64,000 bases of DNA. Origin: an uncultured delta proteobacterium. GTDB taxonomy: Bacteria > Desulfobacterota > Binatia > UBA9968. Numbering within the stretch: the stretch's first letter is position 1; each line of letters opens with the position of its first letter. The translations under genes were made by a program, and so were the position numbers. Below the pieces are notes generated by a model. It was not told the origin of the DNA. It searched no databases and worked only from the letters and a program-made list of their open reading frames with translations. Shown one piece after another: positions 63,988 to 64,000 of this stretch. The stretch lies in the NCBI GenBank assembly GCA_963840855.1, contig CAWJBB010000027.1, positions 96,001 through 160,000 of the forward strand, given 5' to 3'.

Positions 63988-64000
63988 GACTACGGCTTGC

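Overview
GC-rich bacterial chromosomal window. The many ABC/TctC binding proteins, amidohydrolases, a Rieske oxygenase and hydantoinases suggest a deltaproteobacterial/Binatota-like genome (inference). It opens with the conserved tilS-ftsH-folP-cdaA-cdaR-glmM cluster. Next comes an ~8 kb accessory module encoding an ECF sigma factor, a zf-HC2 anti-sigma, an adenylate cyclase-CHAT protease-TM-DUF4384 fusion and an exported caspase-like (C14) protease. That module is flanked by direct repeats and its proteins share Arg-Gly motifs, so it is a candidate transmembrane proteolytic signalling cascade and the strongest novelty candidate here. The middle holds VapBC, transport and catabolic genes, an IS1111-type IS110 inserted in a REP-like repeat with a duplicated right end, and two copies of a ~139-bp IS200/IS605-derived non-autonomous element. 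A defence island follows: type I R-M with an embedded Sir2-APAZ/short pAgo (SPARSA) pair, TA/Fic genes, a second R-M remnant, and a GIY-YIG gene bracketed by ten alternating CGTC-type REPs. The window ends with hydantoinase/oxoprolinase genes, SWIB, comDE-like genes, a PPOX-class gene, maf, dus and a degenerate attC-like site. Single-base frameshifts in glmM, hsdR, hydantoinase A and the sigma gene suggest sequencing or assembly indels, so pseudogene calls are provisional.
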